DNA of 50,878 nucleotides from Deltaproteobacteria bacterium. GTDB lineage: Bacteria > Desulfobacterota > Binatia > UBA9968 > JAJDTQ01. This document shows positions 8,554 through 21,610 of the stretch, in pieces. The DNA is taken from positions 1 to 50,878 of the forward strand of contig JAPPHF010000041.1 of NCBI GenBank assembly GCA_028821115.1, read 5' to 3'. The notes under the pieces are model-generated. The model had not been told where the DNA came from. It searched no databases and worked only from the letters and a program-made list of their open reading frames with translations. The position numbers were made by a program, and so were the translations under genes. Each line of letters opens with the position of its first letter. Position 1 is the first letter of the stretch.

Positions 8554-9330
8554 TTGGATTCACTGACGGGCAAGGTCGCGCTGGTCACGGGCGCGGGGAG
8601 CGGCATCGGCCGGGCGGTGTCGCTGGCGCTGGCGCGGGAAGGCTGCCGCGTGGTCCTGGCGGGTCGGCGGGAGGATCGCCTGGCGCGGGTCGCCGGGGAG
8701 GTACGCGGGCAAGGGGGCAAGGCCTTCCCGATGGCCTGCGACGTGGGCTCCCGGACGGCCGTGGACGCGCTGGCGAAGAGCGCCGGCCGGGTGGGGGTGG
8801 TGCAGATCCTGGTCAACAGCGCGGGCATCGCCCCCGCCGCGAGTTTCCTGGAGATGGAGGACGGGCTGCTGGAAGAGGTGTTGCGCGTGAACTTCATGGG
8901 CACGTGCTACTGTTGCAAGCGGTTTCTGGGGCCGATGATCGGCGCGGGCTGGGGCCGTGTCCTCAATATCGCGTCCACCACGGCCAAGACCGGGTATTCG
9001 CACACCGCCGCTTACACCGCCTCGAAGCACGCCGTCCTCGGGCTCACGAAGGTGCTGGCGCTGGAAACCGCGCGAAAGGGCGTGACGGTCAATGCCATCT
9101 GCCCCGGATACGTGGACACGGAGCTGACACGCGAGAACGCCCGTCTCATGGCCGCCAGAGTCGGCGCCACGGCGGCGGAGGTTCTGGAACGGTTCGCCCG
9201 CACCTCGCCGCAACGGCGGCTCGTGGCGCCGGAGGAGGTGGCGGAATTGGCGGTGCTGCTGGCCGGACCCGCGGGCGATTCCGTTACCGGACAGGGCATC
9301 AACCTTGACGGCGGCGCGTTCATGGGCTGA
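8554..9330 (+). CDS. SDR family NAD(P)-dependent oxidoreductase (3-hydroxyacyl-CoA/3-hydroxybutyrate dehydrogenase-like)
   Basis: TGAGSGIG, NSAGI, YTASKH (YxxxK), NAICPGYVDT. TTG start at 8554 behind GGGAG; the 8320 start in the ORF track is an upstream extension. Confidence 0.9.
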   Translation: MDSLTGKVALVTGAGSGIGRAVSLALAREGCRVVLAGRREDRLARVAGEVRGQGGKAFPMACDVGSRTAVDALAKSAGRVGVVQILVNSAGIAPAASFLEMEDGLLEEVLRVNFMGTCYCCKRFLGPMIGAGWGRVLNIASTTAKTGYSHTAAYTASKHAVLGLTKVLALETARKGVTVNAICPGYVDTELTRENARLMAARVGATAAEVLERFARTSPQRRLVAPEEVAELAVLLAGPAGDSVTGQGINLDGGAFMG

Positions 9331-9397
9331 CACAAGGCGGGACATCGTTCAGGTTTCAAACCCTTTCGCGCCCGTGCGGCGAAGACAGGACGGTAGA

Positions 9398-10192
9398 ATG
9401 GCATACGAGAGCTTCGACTACACCGTGGACGGCGGCATCGCCACCATCCGCCTCAACAATCCCGGGCAGCTCAACGCCCTGACCTTCCGCACCTACGAGG
9501 AGTTGGCGGAGCTGACCGGCTCGGTGGCGGCGGACAACCGGGTCCACGTGCTGGTGATCACCGGCGCGGGCAAGGGTTTCTGCTCCGGCGGCAGCGTCGA
9601 CGACATCATCGGCGAGCTGCTGAAGATGGACGGCGCCGGGTTGTACCGGTTCACGCGCCTTACCTGCGATGTCGTGCGCAACATGCGCGCGCTGGAGAAA
9701 CCCATCGTCGCCGCGGTGAACGGGGTGGCGGCGGGCGCGGGCGCCGTCCTGGCGCTGGCGAGCGATCTGCGGGTCCTGTCGGAGCGGGCGAGAATGGCTT
9801 TCCTGTTCGTCAAGGTGGGCCTGGCGGGATCGGACATGGGCGCCATCCATCTGCTGCCGCGCATCGTCGGCACGGGGCGCGCCATGGAGCTGCTGTCCCT
9901 GGGAGACACAATCGACGCCGCCGAAGCCTACAGGATCGGCCTGGCCAACAGGGTGGTGCCCCACGAGGAGCTGATGGCCGAGGCGGTGAAACTGGCGCGC
10001 CGGCTGCGGGACGGGCCGCGCTTCGCCATCGGGGTCACCAAGAAGCTGCTGGATCTGGAAGCGGGAATGGACCTGGACGCGGCCCTGGAGATGGAGGCCA
10101 TGACCCAGGCCCATTGCATGCAGACCGCGGACTTCCACGAAGGCTTTCGCGCCTTCATGGAAAAGGAACCCGCCCGCTTCAACCGGGGTTAG
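9398..10192 (+). CDS. Enoyl-CoA hydratase/isomerase family protein
   Basis: LNALTF, FCSGGSVDDIIGEL, KPIVAAVNGVAAGAG, DFHEGFRAFMEK; start at ATG 9398. Confidence 0.92.
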   Translation: MAYESFDYTVDGGIATIRLNNPGQLNALTFRTYEELAELTGSVAADNRVHVLVITGAGKGFCSGGSVDDIIGELLKMDGAGLYRFTRLTCDVVRNMRALEKPIVAAVNGVAAGAGAVLALASDLRVLSERARMAFLFVKVGLAGSDMGAIHLLPRIVGTGRAMELLSLGDTIDAAEAYRIGLANRVVPHEELMAEAVKLARRLRDGPRFAIGVTKKLLDLEAGMDLDAALEMEAMTQAHCMQTADFHEGFRAFMEKEPARFNRG

Positions 10193-10216
10193 GCATTGTT
10201 CGAGGCGGGGAGTTCG

Positions 10217-11386
10217 GTGACGCGAGCAGTGGACAGGGAATTCGGGTTGCCTGCGCCGCAGCTTCGGCTGCGGCGGGAGGTTTACGGCTGGGCGGAGGCC
10301 GAGTTGGGCGGGATCGATGCGGCCGCCGGCGACGAGGCCGCGCGGGCGGCGTTCGGGAAGCTCGCCGAGCACGGCGTTTTCCGCTTTGTGGCGCCGCGCG
10401 GGCTCGGCGGCGCGCGCGGCCGCGTGCAGGTTCGTGACCTGTGCGTCATCCGCGAGACATTGGCAGGTGTGTCGCCGTTGGCGGATACCTTGTTCGCGGT
10501 CCAGGCCCTCGCCGCCCATCCGCTGGTGCTGGCGGGAAACCCGGGCCAGCAGCGCGCGTATCTTCCGGCCCTGGCCTCGGGCCGGGCCATGGGAGCGTTC
10601 GCCCTGACGGAGCCGGAGGCCGGATCGGACCCGGCCGCCCTGAGGCTGCGGGCGCGCAAGCGCGGCGGCGCCTACGTGCTCGACGGCGTCAAGAGCCTCA
10701 TTTCCAACGCCGGCCTGGCGGATCTCTACATGGTGTTCGGCAGCACCCATCCGGCGCGCAAGGGAAACGGCATCGGCGCCTTCGTGGTGGAGGCGTCGGC
10801 TCCGGGCGTGGTGGTCAGGGAGCGGCTGGCGCTGGTCTCGCCTCATCCCATCGGAACCGTGGGTTTCGAAGGCTGCCGCGTTCCCGAAAGCCAACTCCTG
10901 GGGGATGCCAGAGGTGGACTGGGCGTCGCATTGGCGACCCTGGAAGCGCTCCGATGCAGCGTTGGGGCGGCGGCGGTAGGCATGGCGGGCCGCGCCCTGG
11001 CGGAGGCGATTCGCCACGCGCGACGGCGGCGCCAGTTCGGACGTACCCTGGACCGCTTCCAGGCCATCCGGTTCAAGATCGCGGAGATGTCCACGGAGCT
11101 CGAGGCGGCGCGCCTGCTGGTCTACCGGGCCGCCGAGGCTCACGATCGGGGCGAGGCCGGTATGGTGCACAAGTCCTCCATGGCCAAGCTGTTCGCCACC
11201 GAGGCGGCCCAGCGCATCGTCGATCAGGCCCTGCAGATACTCGGGGGCCGCGGGCTCGTGTCGGGCAGCGTCACCGAGCGGCTCTACCGTGACGTCCGAG
11301 CGCTGCGCATCTACGAGGGAACCTCGGAGATCCAGAAGCTCATCATTGCGCGCGAGGTGCTTGGTTCGTGGAGAGAAAACAGCTAG
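10217..11386 (+). CDS. Acyl-CoA dehydrogenase family protein
   Basis: FALTEPEAGSD, GVKSLISNA, RRQFGR, ERLYRDVRALRIYEGTSEIQK. Start uncertain (10196/10217). Its TAG stop is part of the left CTAG of the adjacent repeat. Confidence 0.92.
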   Translation: MTRAVDREFGLPAPQLRLRREVYGWAEAELGGIDAAAGDEAARAAFGKLAEHGVFRFVAPRGLGGARGRVQVRDLCVIRETLAGVSPLADTLFAVQALAAHPLVLAGNPGQQRAYLPALASGRAMGAFALTEPEAGSDPAALRLRARKRGGAYVLDGVKSLISNAGLADLYMVFGSTHPARKGNGIGAFVVEASAPGVVVRERLALVSPHPIGTVGFEGCRVPESQLLGDARGGLGVALATLEALRCSVGAAAVGMAGRALAEAIRHARRRRQFGRTLDRFQAIRFKIAEMSTELEAARLLVYRAAEAHDRGEAGMVHKSSMAKLFATEAAQRIVDQALQILGGRGLVSGSVTERLYRDVRALRIYEGTSEIQKLIIAREVLGSWRENS

Positions 11387-11568
11387 TGTCCTGTCCGGTC
11401 AATTCGCATGATAAGATGTGGAGGATTTTTCGTTGTCGGCAAGGCGCGATGACGAGTGGGGGCGACCGTAGGTCGCCCCAGGGCGGGCACCACGCGAGGA
11501 AGAGCAACGCAGCCGACGGCGAAAAAGACCCACAGATTATTATGCGAATTGACCGGACAGGACACTAG
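11383..11568. mobile_element. 186-bp CTAG-bounded MITE/REPIN-like palindromic element, copy 2 (inverted relative to copy 1)
   Basis: Same length as copy 1. Bases 11435-11531 are identical to the reverse complement of the copy-1 core. Arms tgtcctgtccggtcaattcgcat / atgcgaattgaccggacaggaca are self-complementary. Confidence 0.85.
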
Positions 11569-11595
11569 GGTAGCGGGTTTCCCACCGGAGGACCC

Positions 11596-12756
11596 ATGGA
11601 TTTCGATCTCTCGGATGAGTTGCTCGCGGTCAGGGAGCTGGGCCGTGACTTCGCGGAGAAGGAGATTGCGCCGACGGCGGCGGCCGACGACCGCGATCAC
11701 TACTTTCGCCGGGAAACCTTCGAGAAGATGGGGCGGTTGGGCTTCTTCGGCTGCGTCGTCCCCGAAGCCTACGGCGGCACGGGTCTGGGGTATCTGGCCA
11801 TGGTGCTGCTGACGGAAGAGATCGCGCGGGTGCACAGCTCGGTCCGGGTGCATGTCAACACGCAGCTCGCGCCCGCGGTGACGCTGGCGCGCTTCGGCTC
11901 CGAGGCGCAGCGGCGCCGCTGGATCCCGGGGCTCGTGGATGCGTCGTACATCGGCTGCTTCGCCATCACCGAGCCCGACGCCGGCTCCGACGTGGTTTCG
12001 ATGTCCACCCGGGCCGAACGGACCGGCGGGGGCTACGTCCTCAAGGGCACCAAGACCTGGATTTCCAACGCGCCCATCGCCGACGTGGCGCTGGTCTACG
12101 CGGTGACGGACCGGGAGGCCGGGCATCGCGGCCTGTCGGCCTTCATGGTGGAGCTGGGTCAGGCCGGCGTTCGCCGCGGCACCCTCGACAAGATGGGGGC
12201 GCTGGCCTCGCCCACGGGCACCCTGGAATTCGACGACGTGGCGGTGCCCGCCGATCACCTGGTCGGAGCCGAGGGCCAGGGCTTCTCCATGTGCATGTGG
12301 CAGCTCAACCAGACCCGCCTGAGCTGCGCGGCTGGCGCCCTCGGCGTGGCCCGGGCGGCCCGGGAAGCGGCGGTGGCCTACGCCAACCAGCGGCAACAGT
12401 TCGGCCAGCAGATCGGGCGTTTTCAGATGATCCAGGACAGCTTGGCGCAGGTGGTCGTCGAAGAAGAGGCGGCACGTCTGCTGGTGTACCGGGCGGCCTC
12501 CCTGGCCGACAGCGGCCAGCCCAACAACCTGGAGGTCTCGATGGCCAAATATGCCGCCGCCGAGGCCGCGGCACACGCCGCCGACAGCGCCTTCAAGATT
12601 CTGGGAGCCTACGGATATTCCACCGAGTTTCCCGTGGAGCGCTACCTCCGGGACGCGAAATCCTATCAGATTGTCGAGGGCTCCTCGAACATCCACAAGC
12701 TGATCATCGCCCAGGATGCGTTGGGCTACCGGAAGGCGAACCGGCAGCGGGAGTAG
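11596..12756 (+). CDS. Acyl-CoA dehydrogenase, glutaryl-CoA dehydrogenase (non-decarboxylating)-like
   Basis: FAITEPDAGSDV, KTWISNA, ASPTG, LNQTRLS, NNLEVSMAKYAA, ILGAYGYSTE, YQIVEGSSNI and the C-terminal RKANR resemble the Desulfococcus-type Acd as recalled. Confidence 0.8.
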   Translation: MDFDLSDELLAVRELGRDFAEKEIAPTAAADDRDHYFRRETFEKMGRLGFFGCVVPEAYGGTGLGYLAMVLLTEEIARVHSSVRVHVNTQLAPAVTLARFGSEAQRRRWIPGLVDASYIGCFAITEPDAGSDVVSMSTRAERTGGGYVLKGTKTWISNAPIADVALVYAVTDREAGHRGLSAFMVELGQAGVRRGTLDKMGALASPTGTLEFDDVAVPADHLVGAEGQGFSMCMWQLNQTRLSCAAGALGVARAAREAAVAYANQRQQFGQQIGRFQMIQDSLAQVVVEEEAARLLVYRAASLADSGQPNNLEVSMAKYAAAEAAAHAADSAFKILGAYGYSTEFPVERYLRDAKSYQIVEGSSNIHKLIIAQDALGYRKANRQRE

Positions 12757-12783
12757 GCGCGGACTGGACGATACAAAAAACGT

Positions 12784-12809
12784 GAAACGGCGGCTGTTTC
12801 GTTTCCTTT
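12784..12809 (+). terminator. Possible intrinsic terminator after the acyl-CoA dehydrogenase
   Basis: gaaacgg-cgg-ctgtttc hairpin followed by gtttccttt and preceded by an A-run. Confidence 0.4.
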
Positions 12810-12858
12810 ATGCGCCCGTTATGTATTAGTATTGCCCTTAGGTGATTGGGCCTTTTCC

Positions 12859-15564
12859 ATGTGTGCCGTAGTGCGTCATGCAGCATCCGGTGACTCCCGT
12901 GTCAGGTACCGCGGAGTTCCGGCGTGCCTGTGGCTTGCCTTGGCATTGGTTTTGCCATGGGCGGCGGGTCCGTCGCTTGCGGTCGAGCCTGGCGCGGCAG
13001 CGACAGCGGCGGCCGGAGCCGACACCCGGGAACAGCGCGTTTCCAAGCGCATCGTCAGCGGCGACACCCTGCCCCGGCTGCTGACCGATCTGGGGGTATC
13101 CCCCGCCATCAAGAATCGTTGGCTCCGGGCGGTCGCGAAGCAGTTCGGCGTGGCCAATGTCCTGCGGGCGGGGGACACGATCCGCTTCTACTTCATCGCG
13201 CCCTGGAATTCATGGGGCCCCGGCGAGATGACGGCCCTTCGAATCGAGCGGGCCGGCGCGAGGCCGTTGACCTGGCAGTTGCGCCACGACCAGGTCGTCT
13301 ACCACAGGGAGCGAGGGCTGCGTCCCATGACTTCCGTCGCGGAGCGCGCGGAGCCTTCGGCCGGGACGGCGCAGCGCGTGGCGGAGAACTCGCCCGAGGC
13401 GGTGACCAAGCCCAAGGTTGCGACCAAGCCCGAGGTTGCGACCAAGCCTCCCGCAAAGGTGGTGGCGAAGGCCGCGGCGGCTCCCTCCTCCGACGTCGAC
13501 CGGGTGACCCATGTCCTTCGGAAAGGTGAAACCCTCGCACGGGTGCTGCTCGCCAAGGGAGTTTCCAACAGGACGGCGCAGCCCTGGATTCGGGCTGCCG
13601 GCAAACGCTATTCGCTGAAGCGGTTGTATCCGGGCCGGAAGATCGTCCTCTATTTCGTGGCGGCGGCTTCCCAAGACCCCAGCCGGCGAACCCTGCGGGC
13701 CTTGCAGATAGAATCGAGGGGCGGAGATCTGCTGACGTGGCAATGGAGCGATGGTCGGATCATATACCGCGGCAGGAATCATCAGGTGGTGGTGAGCAAG
13801 GTCCCGACCGTGCCCGCACCTGCAACGGCAGAGATCCCGGCCGCCGTTGGCCCCCCGACGCCCACGTTATCGCCGACGCCCACGTTACCCCCTACACGGT
13901 CCTTCGAGCCATTGGAGAAGGTCGTGCGGACGGTGCGCAGGGGCCACACCCTCGGACGTATCCTGCGGCCTCTGGGCGTTACCGGGAAGGAGGGCGAGGC
14001 CTGGTTCGACGCCATCGACAAGCAGTATCCCGTCACCAGCCTCAGACCGGGCCAACGCCTCCATCTCTATTTTGAAAAGACCCCGGCGCGACACCGCCGG
14101 AACAACCTCAAGGCCGTCGAGCTCGAGGTGAGGAAAGGACGAAAGCTCACCTGGGAGCGGCTCGGCGGCAAGGTCCGTTTCCACAGAGGCGGCCTCCCGG
14201 GGAAGGGGCGGACAACTCATTACGTCGACGCTACGCGGTCCAACGGTGCCTCTCCGGGCGCGCGGCGAGGAAGCTTCCTGTCGGAGTACGCACTGGCCCG
14301 GATCAAGCAGCGAAACGGGCTGCTGGAATACACCCCGGCGCCGAACGGAACAAAGAACGGGACTCGGCCGGTGCCGGCGCTCGAGAACGCCGACCGGGTG
14401 ACCCACCGGCTGAAATCCGGCGAACATCTGTGGGGCGTGCTCAGGAAGTACGAGTTGGACAACGCCGAGCGGCGGCGGTGGCTCGCCGCGCTCCAGCGTT
14501 CCAGGTACGTGCGCAGGCTCCGCACCGGCAGCAACATCAACTTCTATTTCGAGGCCCCCGAGAACGGGAACGGCAGGGCCTCCGCCAACGGCAACGGCGC
14601 GGCTCACTCCAACGGCGCCGGCAACCTGCAGGCGCTGGAGATCGTCCTTCGTTCCGACCTGCGGCTCACCTGGTATCGAAAACAGAAGGACATCCTGTTC
14701 TACAAGGATGAAGTTCCATACCAGCAGGAAGTGCGTACCGCGAGCGGAGTCATCAACGGCGGATCGCTTTACGACAACGCCCGCAGCGCCGGCGTGGACC
14801 CCGCGGTTATCTCGCGCATGGTGGACATTCTCGCGTGGGACATCAACTTTCAGAAGGACGTTCGCTCCGGCGACACCTACCGGGTGCTTTACCGGAGGAA
14901 GTTCCGTCCCGGCAGCAGGACGTCCGACCAGATTCGCATACTGGCCGTGGAGTTCGTGAACCAGGGACGCAAGTACACTGCGGTCTACTTCGAGGGTGAA
15001 GACGGCAACGGCAACTATTACAATAACCACGGCCACTCGGTGTCACGGTCGTTTCTGCGCTACCCCCTTGAGTTCAGACGGATCAGCTCGCGGTTTTCGC
15101 ACAGCCGCTTCCACCCGGTCCTGAAGGTGCGGCGACCGCATTACGGCGTGGATTTCGCCGCCCGTACCGGCACCCCGATCAGGGCCGTGGGCGACGGGCG
15201 CGTCACGCGCGCGGGGTGGAAAGGGGGCTACGGCCGGCTGGTGGAGATCAGCCACGGGGGCGCCATGAAGACCCGCTATGCGCACCTGAGGCGGTACGGG
15301 CCCGGGATCCGCCGCGGCGTGTCCGTGAAGAAGGGCCAGACCATCGGCTACGTGGGCTGCTCCGGTCTTTGCACGGGGCCGCACCTTCACTTCGAGATGT
15401 GGCAGGACAACCGCTACGTGGACCCGTTGCGGGCCAACATACCGGTGGAGCGGCAGCTCGATCCCTTGTTGATGGGGATTTTCGACACCACCAAGAAGTT
15501 GTTCCTCGAGCGGTTGGATGCCGGCCGCAAGACTGCCGCGTTGACAGCGCCGGCGCCTTCGTGA
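12859..15564 (+). CDS. M23 family peptidoglycan DD-endopeptidase (MepM-like) with four tandem LysM/OapA-like modules
   Basis: N-terminal hydrophobic signal; four similar ~92-aa modules; C-terminal SSRFSHSRFHPVL, HYGVDFAA (HxxxD), YAHL, GPHLHFE (HxH). Start uncertain. Confidence 0.9.
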   Translation: MCAVVRHAASGDSRVRYRGVPACLWLALALVLPWAAGPSLAVEPGAAATAAAGADTREQRVSKRIVSGDTLPRLLTDLGVSPAIKNRWLRAVAKQFGVANVLRAGDTIRFYFIAPWNSWGPGEMTALRIERAGARPLTWQLRHDQVVYHRERGLRPMTSVAERAEPSAGTAQRVAENSPEAVTKPKVATKPEVATKPPAKVVAKAAAAPSSDVDRVTHVLRKGETLARVLLAKGVSNRTAQPWIRAAGKRYSLKRLYPGRKIVLYFVAAASQDPSRRTLRALQIESRGGDLLTWQWSDGRIIYRGRNHQVVVSKVPTVPAPATAEIPAAVGPPTPTLSPTPTLPPTRSFEPLEKVVRTVRRGHTLGRILRPLGVTGKEGEAWFDAIDKQYPVTSLRPGQRLHLYFEKTPARHRRNNLKAVELEVRKGRKLTWERLGGKVRFHRGGLPGKGRTTHYVDATRSNGASPGARRGSFLSEYALARIKQRNGLLEYTPAPNGTKNGTRPVPALENADRVTHRLKSGEHLWGVLRKYELDNAERRRWLAALQRSRYVRRLRTGSNINFYFEAPENGNGRASANGNGAAHSNGAGNLQALEIVLRSDLRLTWYRKQKDILFYKDEVPYQQEVRTASGVINGGSLYDNARSAGVDPAVISRMVDILAWDINFQKDVRSGDTYRVLYRRKFRPGSRTSDQIRILAVEFVNQGRKYTAVYFEGEDGNGNYYNNHGHSVSRSFLRYPLEFRRISSRFSHSRFHPVLKVRRPHYGVDFAARTGTPIRAVGDGRVTRAGWKGGYGRLVEISHGGAMKTRYAHLRRYGPGIRRGVSVKKGQTIGYVGCSGLCTGPHLHFEMWQDNRYVDPLRANIPVERQLDPLLMGIFDTTKKLFLERLDAGRKTAALTAPAPS
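13404..13448 (+). repeat. In-frame 18-bp tandem repeat (TKP[K/E]VA, about 2.5 units)
   Basis: gaccaagcccaaggttgc / gaccaagcccgaggttgc / gaccaagcc in the linker between M23 modules 1 and 2. Confidence 0.85.
13855..13887 (+). repeat. In-frame 18-bp period repeat (PTPTL x2)
   Basis: ccgacgcccacgtta at 13855-13869 and 13873-13887 in the linker between modules 2 and 3. Confidence 0.8.
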
Positions 15565-15618
15565 ACCCGGCCGCTAAAGAAATCTTCCCGGTCGCCGAAG
15601 GAGATTATTCGTAGGACC

Positions 15619-16215
15619 GTGCCGACCTTGCGAGCTTTCGTCGGCGTCCCGATAGACGCGGCCGTGGCCGCGCGGATGTGCGCGGTGCGTGACGAGGTCG
15701 CCGTGGGAACGGTTCGCTGGATACCGGCGGAGAATCTCCACCTGACCCTGAAGTTCCTGGGGGATGTCGAGGAAGCTCAGGTTTCCTCCATACGCGCGGC
15801 GGTGCGTGAGGCCCTGACGGACAACACCCCATTCCTCGTCACTGCCAGGGGTCTGGGGGTCTTTCCGGACTCCCGCCGGCCGCGGGTGTTGTGGGTCGGC
15901 TTGGCATCGCCGGAGTTGGTTCGGCTGGCGGGGCAGGTGGAGCGGGCGCTCGAGCCCCTGGGCTTTGAACGGGCGGCGGCGCCGTTTCGGCCCCACGTAA
16001 CCATTGGGCGATGGCGGCGGCCCGAGTCGCGGGGCGACCGCCTTCGAGGGGAATTGGCCCGCTGGCGCGATCACGAGTTCGGCGAGTTTCGGATCGACGC
16101 GGCGACGCTCTTCCGGAGCACGCTCCGGCCCGAGGGGGCCGTCTACGACCCGCTGGAAATCTTTCCGCTGGATGCCGCCGCCACTCCGCGGACGGTGGCC
16201 GGAATACAGCGGTAA
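15619..16215 (+). CDS. thpR: RNA 2',3'-cyclic phosphodiesterase (2H family)
   Basis: Two HxT motifs (HLTLKFLG, PHVTIGR); typical position upstream of recA. Confidence 0.92.
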   Translation: MPTLRAFVGVPIDAAVAARMCAVRDEVAVGTVRWIPAENLHLTLKFLGDVEEAQVSSIRAAVREALTDNTPFLVTARGLGVFPDSRRPRVLWVGLASPELVRLAGQVERALEPLGFERAAAPFRPHVTIGRWRRPESRGDRLRGELARWRDHEFGEFRIDAATLFRSTLRPEGAVYDPLEIFPLDAAATPRTVAGIQR

Positions 16216-16257
16216 CCTGCAGCCTACGAAAATAGAGCGATCTGCCAAGGAGATTCC

Positions 16258-17289
<1,032 letters not shown>

Positions 17290-17358
17290 CAAAGTCACCG
17301 GACAGGCCACCGGATCAACATTGCCTTTGCGCTGGCGGGAATGCTATCAAGGGGCGTC

Positions 17359-20028
<2,670 letters not shown>

Positions 20029-20039
20029 TGAGGGAGGGA

Positions 20040-21038
20040 GTGAGCCAAGCGACCGTCGAGAGCATGCTGCAGGTGCCTCACCTTGCATTCAATGACCCGC
20101 GGCTGTTCCGGGAACTTCTGGGCAACCAGGACGAACACCTGAAGATCGCGCAGCGGGCGTTGGGCGTGAAGTTCCGGGTGCACGGCACCGAGATGGAGAT
20201 TCAGGGCGACGCGCCCGAGGCGGAGCTGGCACGGGAGGTCATGCGCCAGCTCTACGGGCTGCTGGAGCGCGGCTATCCGGTGTACGGCAGCGACGTCGAC
20301 TACGCCATCCGCATCCTCAGTAGCAACAGCAAGGCGAACCTGCAGGAGATCTTCCTCGACACCATCTACATCTCGTCCCACAAGCGCACCATCACCCCCA
20401 AGAGCGTCGCCCAGAAGAGCTACATCGACGCCATCCGCCGCCACGACATCGTCTTCGGCATCGGTCCGGCCGGGACCGGCAAGACCTATCTGGCCATGGC
20501 CATGGCCGTGTCCGAGCTGATGAAGAACAACTACGCCCGGATCATCCTCACCCGCCCGGCCGTGGAGGCCGGGGAGAAGCTCGGCTTCCTGCCCGGCGAC
20601 CTGGCCGAGAAGGTGAACCCCTACCTGCGGCCCCTGTACGACGCCATGCACGACATGGTGGACTTCGACAAGGCCCGGCGCCTGCTGGAGCGGGGCAGCA
20701 TCGAGGTGGCCCCCCTGGCCTTCATGCGCGGCCGCACCCTGAACGACTCCTTCGTCATCCTGGACGAGGGGCAGAACACCACCCCCGAGCAGATGAAGAT
20801 GTTCCTCACCCGGCTGGGCTACGGCTCCAAGGCGGTGATCACCGGCGACGTGACCCAGATCGACCTGCCCGCCGGCCGCCTCTCCGGGCTCAAGGAGGCC
20901 TGGCGCATCCTGCAGGGAGTGGAGGGCATCCGCTTCGTCACCTTCACCGAGAAGGACGTGGCCCGGCACCGGTTGGTGCAGGACATCATCACCGCCTACG
21001 AGCGCGACACGCGGCAAGACGAAGAACGGGATGGGTGA
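20040..21038 (+). CDS. phoH: PhoH family ATPase
   Basis: [50 protein letters not shown] start behind AGGGAGG; the ORF track merges it with an upstream shadow frame from 18966. Confidence 0.95.
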   Translation: MSQATVESMLQVPHLAFNDPRLFRELLGNQDEHLKIAQRALGVKFRVHGTEMEIQGDAPEAELAREVMRQLYGLLERGYPVYGSDVDYAIRILSSNSKANLQEIFLDTIYISSHKRTITPKSVAQKSYIDAIRRHDIVFGIGPAGTGKTYLAMAMAVSELMKNNYARIILTRPAVEAGEKLGFLPGDLAEKVNPYLRPLYDAMHDMVDFDKARRLLERGSIEVAPLAFMRGRTLNDSFVILDEGQNTTPEQMKMFLTRLGYGSKAVITGDVTQIDLPAGRLSGLKEAWRILQGVEGIRFVTFTEKDVARHRLVQDIITAYERDTRQDEERDG

Positions 21039-21486
21039 CGGCGCCGCCACCGTCGACGTGGTGCGCCAGGGGGCCGCGCGGAGGGTGCCCGTGCGCGGCT
21101 TCAAGGCGAAGGCGCGACGGATCCTGCACTTGCTCAACCTGGAGGACTGCGAGCTCAGTGTGGCGCTGGTGGGTGACGAGGAGATCCGCCGCCTGAATGG
21201 GCGCTACCGGTCGCTCGACGAGCCCACCGACGTGCTTTCTTTCCCGGTGGAGGAGCCGCTGCCGTCTGGTCGTCGGATCATCGGCGACGTGGTCATCTCC
21301 GTGGAGAAGGCGACAAGGCAGGCGCGACAACGGCGCAGATCCCTCGACGATGAGCTGGAAGTGCTGCTCATACACGGCATACTGCACAACCTGGGCTACG
21401 ACCACGAGCGTTCCGCCAAGGACGAGCGGGAGATGCGTGCCATGGAGCGGCGTCTGCGCGGACAGTTGAAGGCCGCGCAGACATAA
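21031..21486 (+). CDS. ybeY: rRNA maturation endoribonuclease YbeY
   Basis: [26 protein letters not shown] zinc motif; overlaps the phoH stop. Confidence 0.95.
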   Translation: MGDGAATVDVVRQGAARRVPVRGFKAKARRILHLLNLEDCELSVALVGDEEIRRLNGRYRSLDEPTDVLSFPVEEPLPSGRRIIGDVVISVEKATRQARQRRRSLDDELEVLLIHGILHNLGYDHERSAKDEREMRAMERRLRGQLKAAQT

Positions 21487-21529
21487 CGGGCTGGTGCAGG
21501 AGCTGGGCGGAGCGCGGCACCGACCCTTT

Positions 21530-21558
21530 TTGTCGTCCTCCCGAACATCCGCTATATT
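21530..21558 (+). promoter_or_regulatory. Putative sigma70 promoter of prfB
   Basis: TTGTCG-N17-TATATT. Confidence 0.45.
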
Positions 21559-21610
21559 GATGGCCATCGTGGCGACGGGCCGGATGAATCGGCCGTCGCG
21601 GGAGCCCGCC

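Noticed and set aside
8131-11568. CRISPR array interpretation of the repeats
   Set aside because: Only two long inverted copies 3 kb apart; no regularly spaced direct repeats with spacers and no cas genes.
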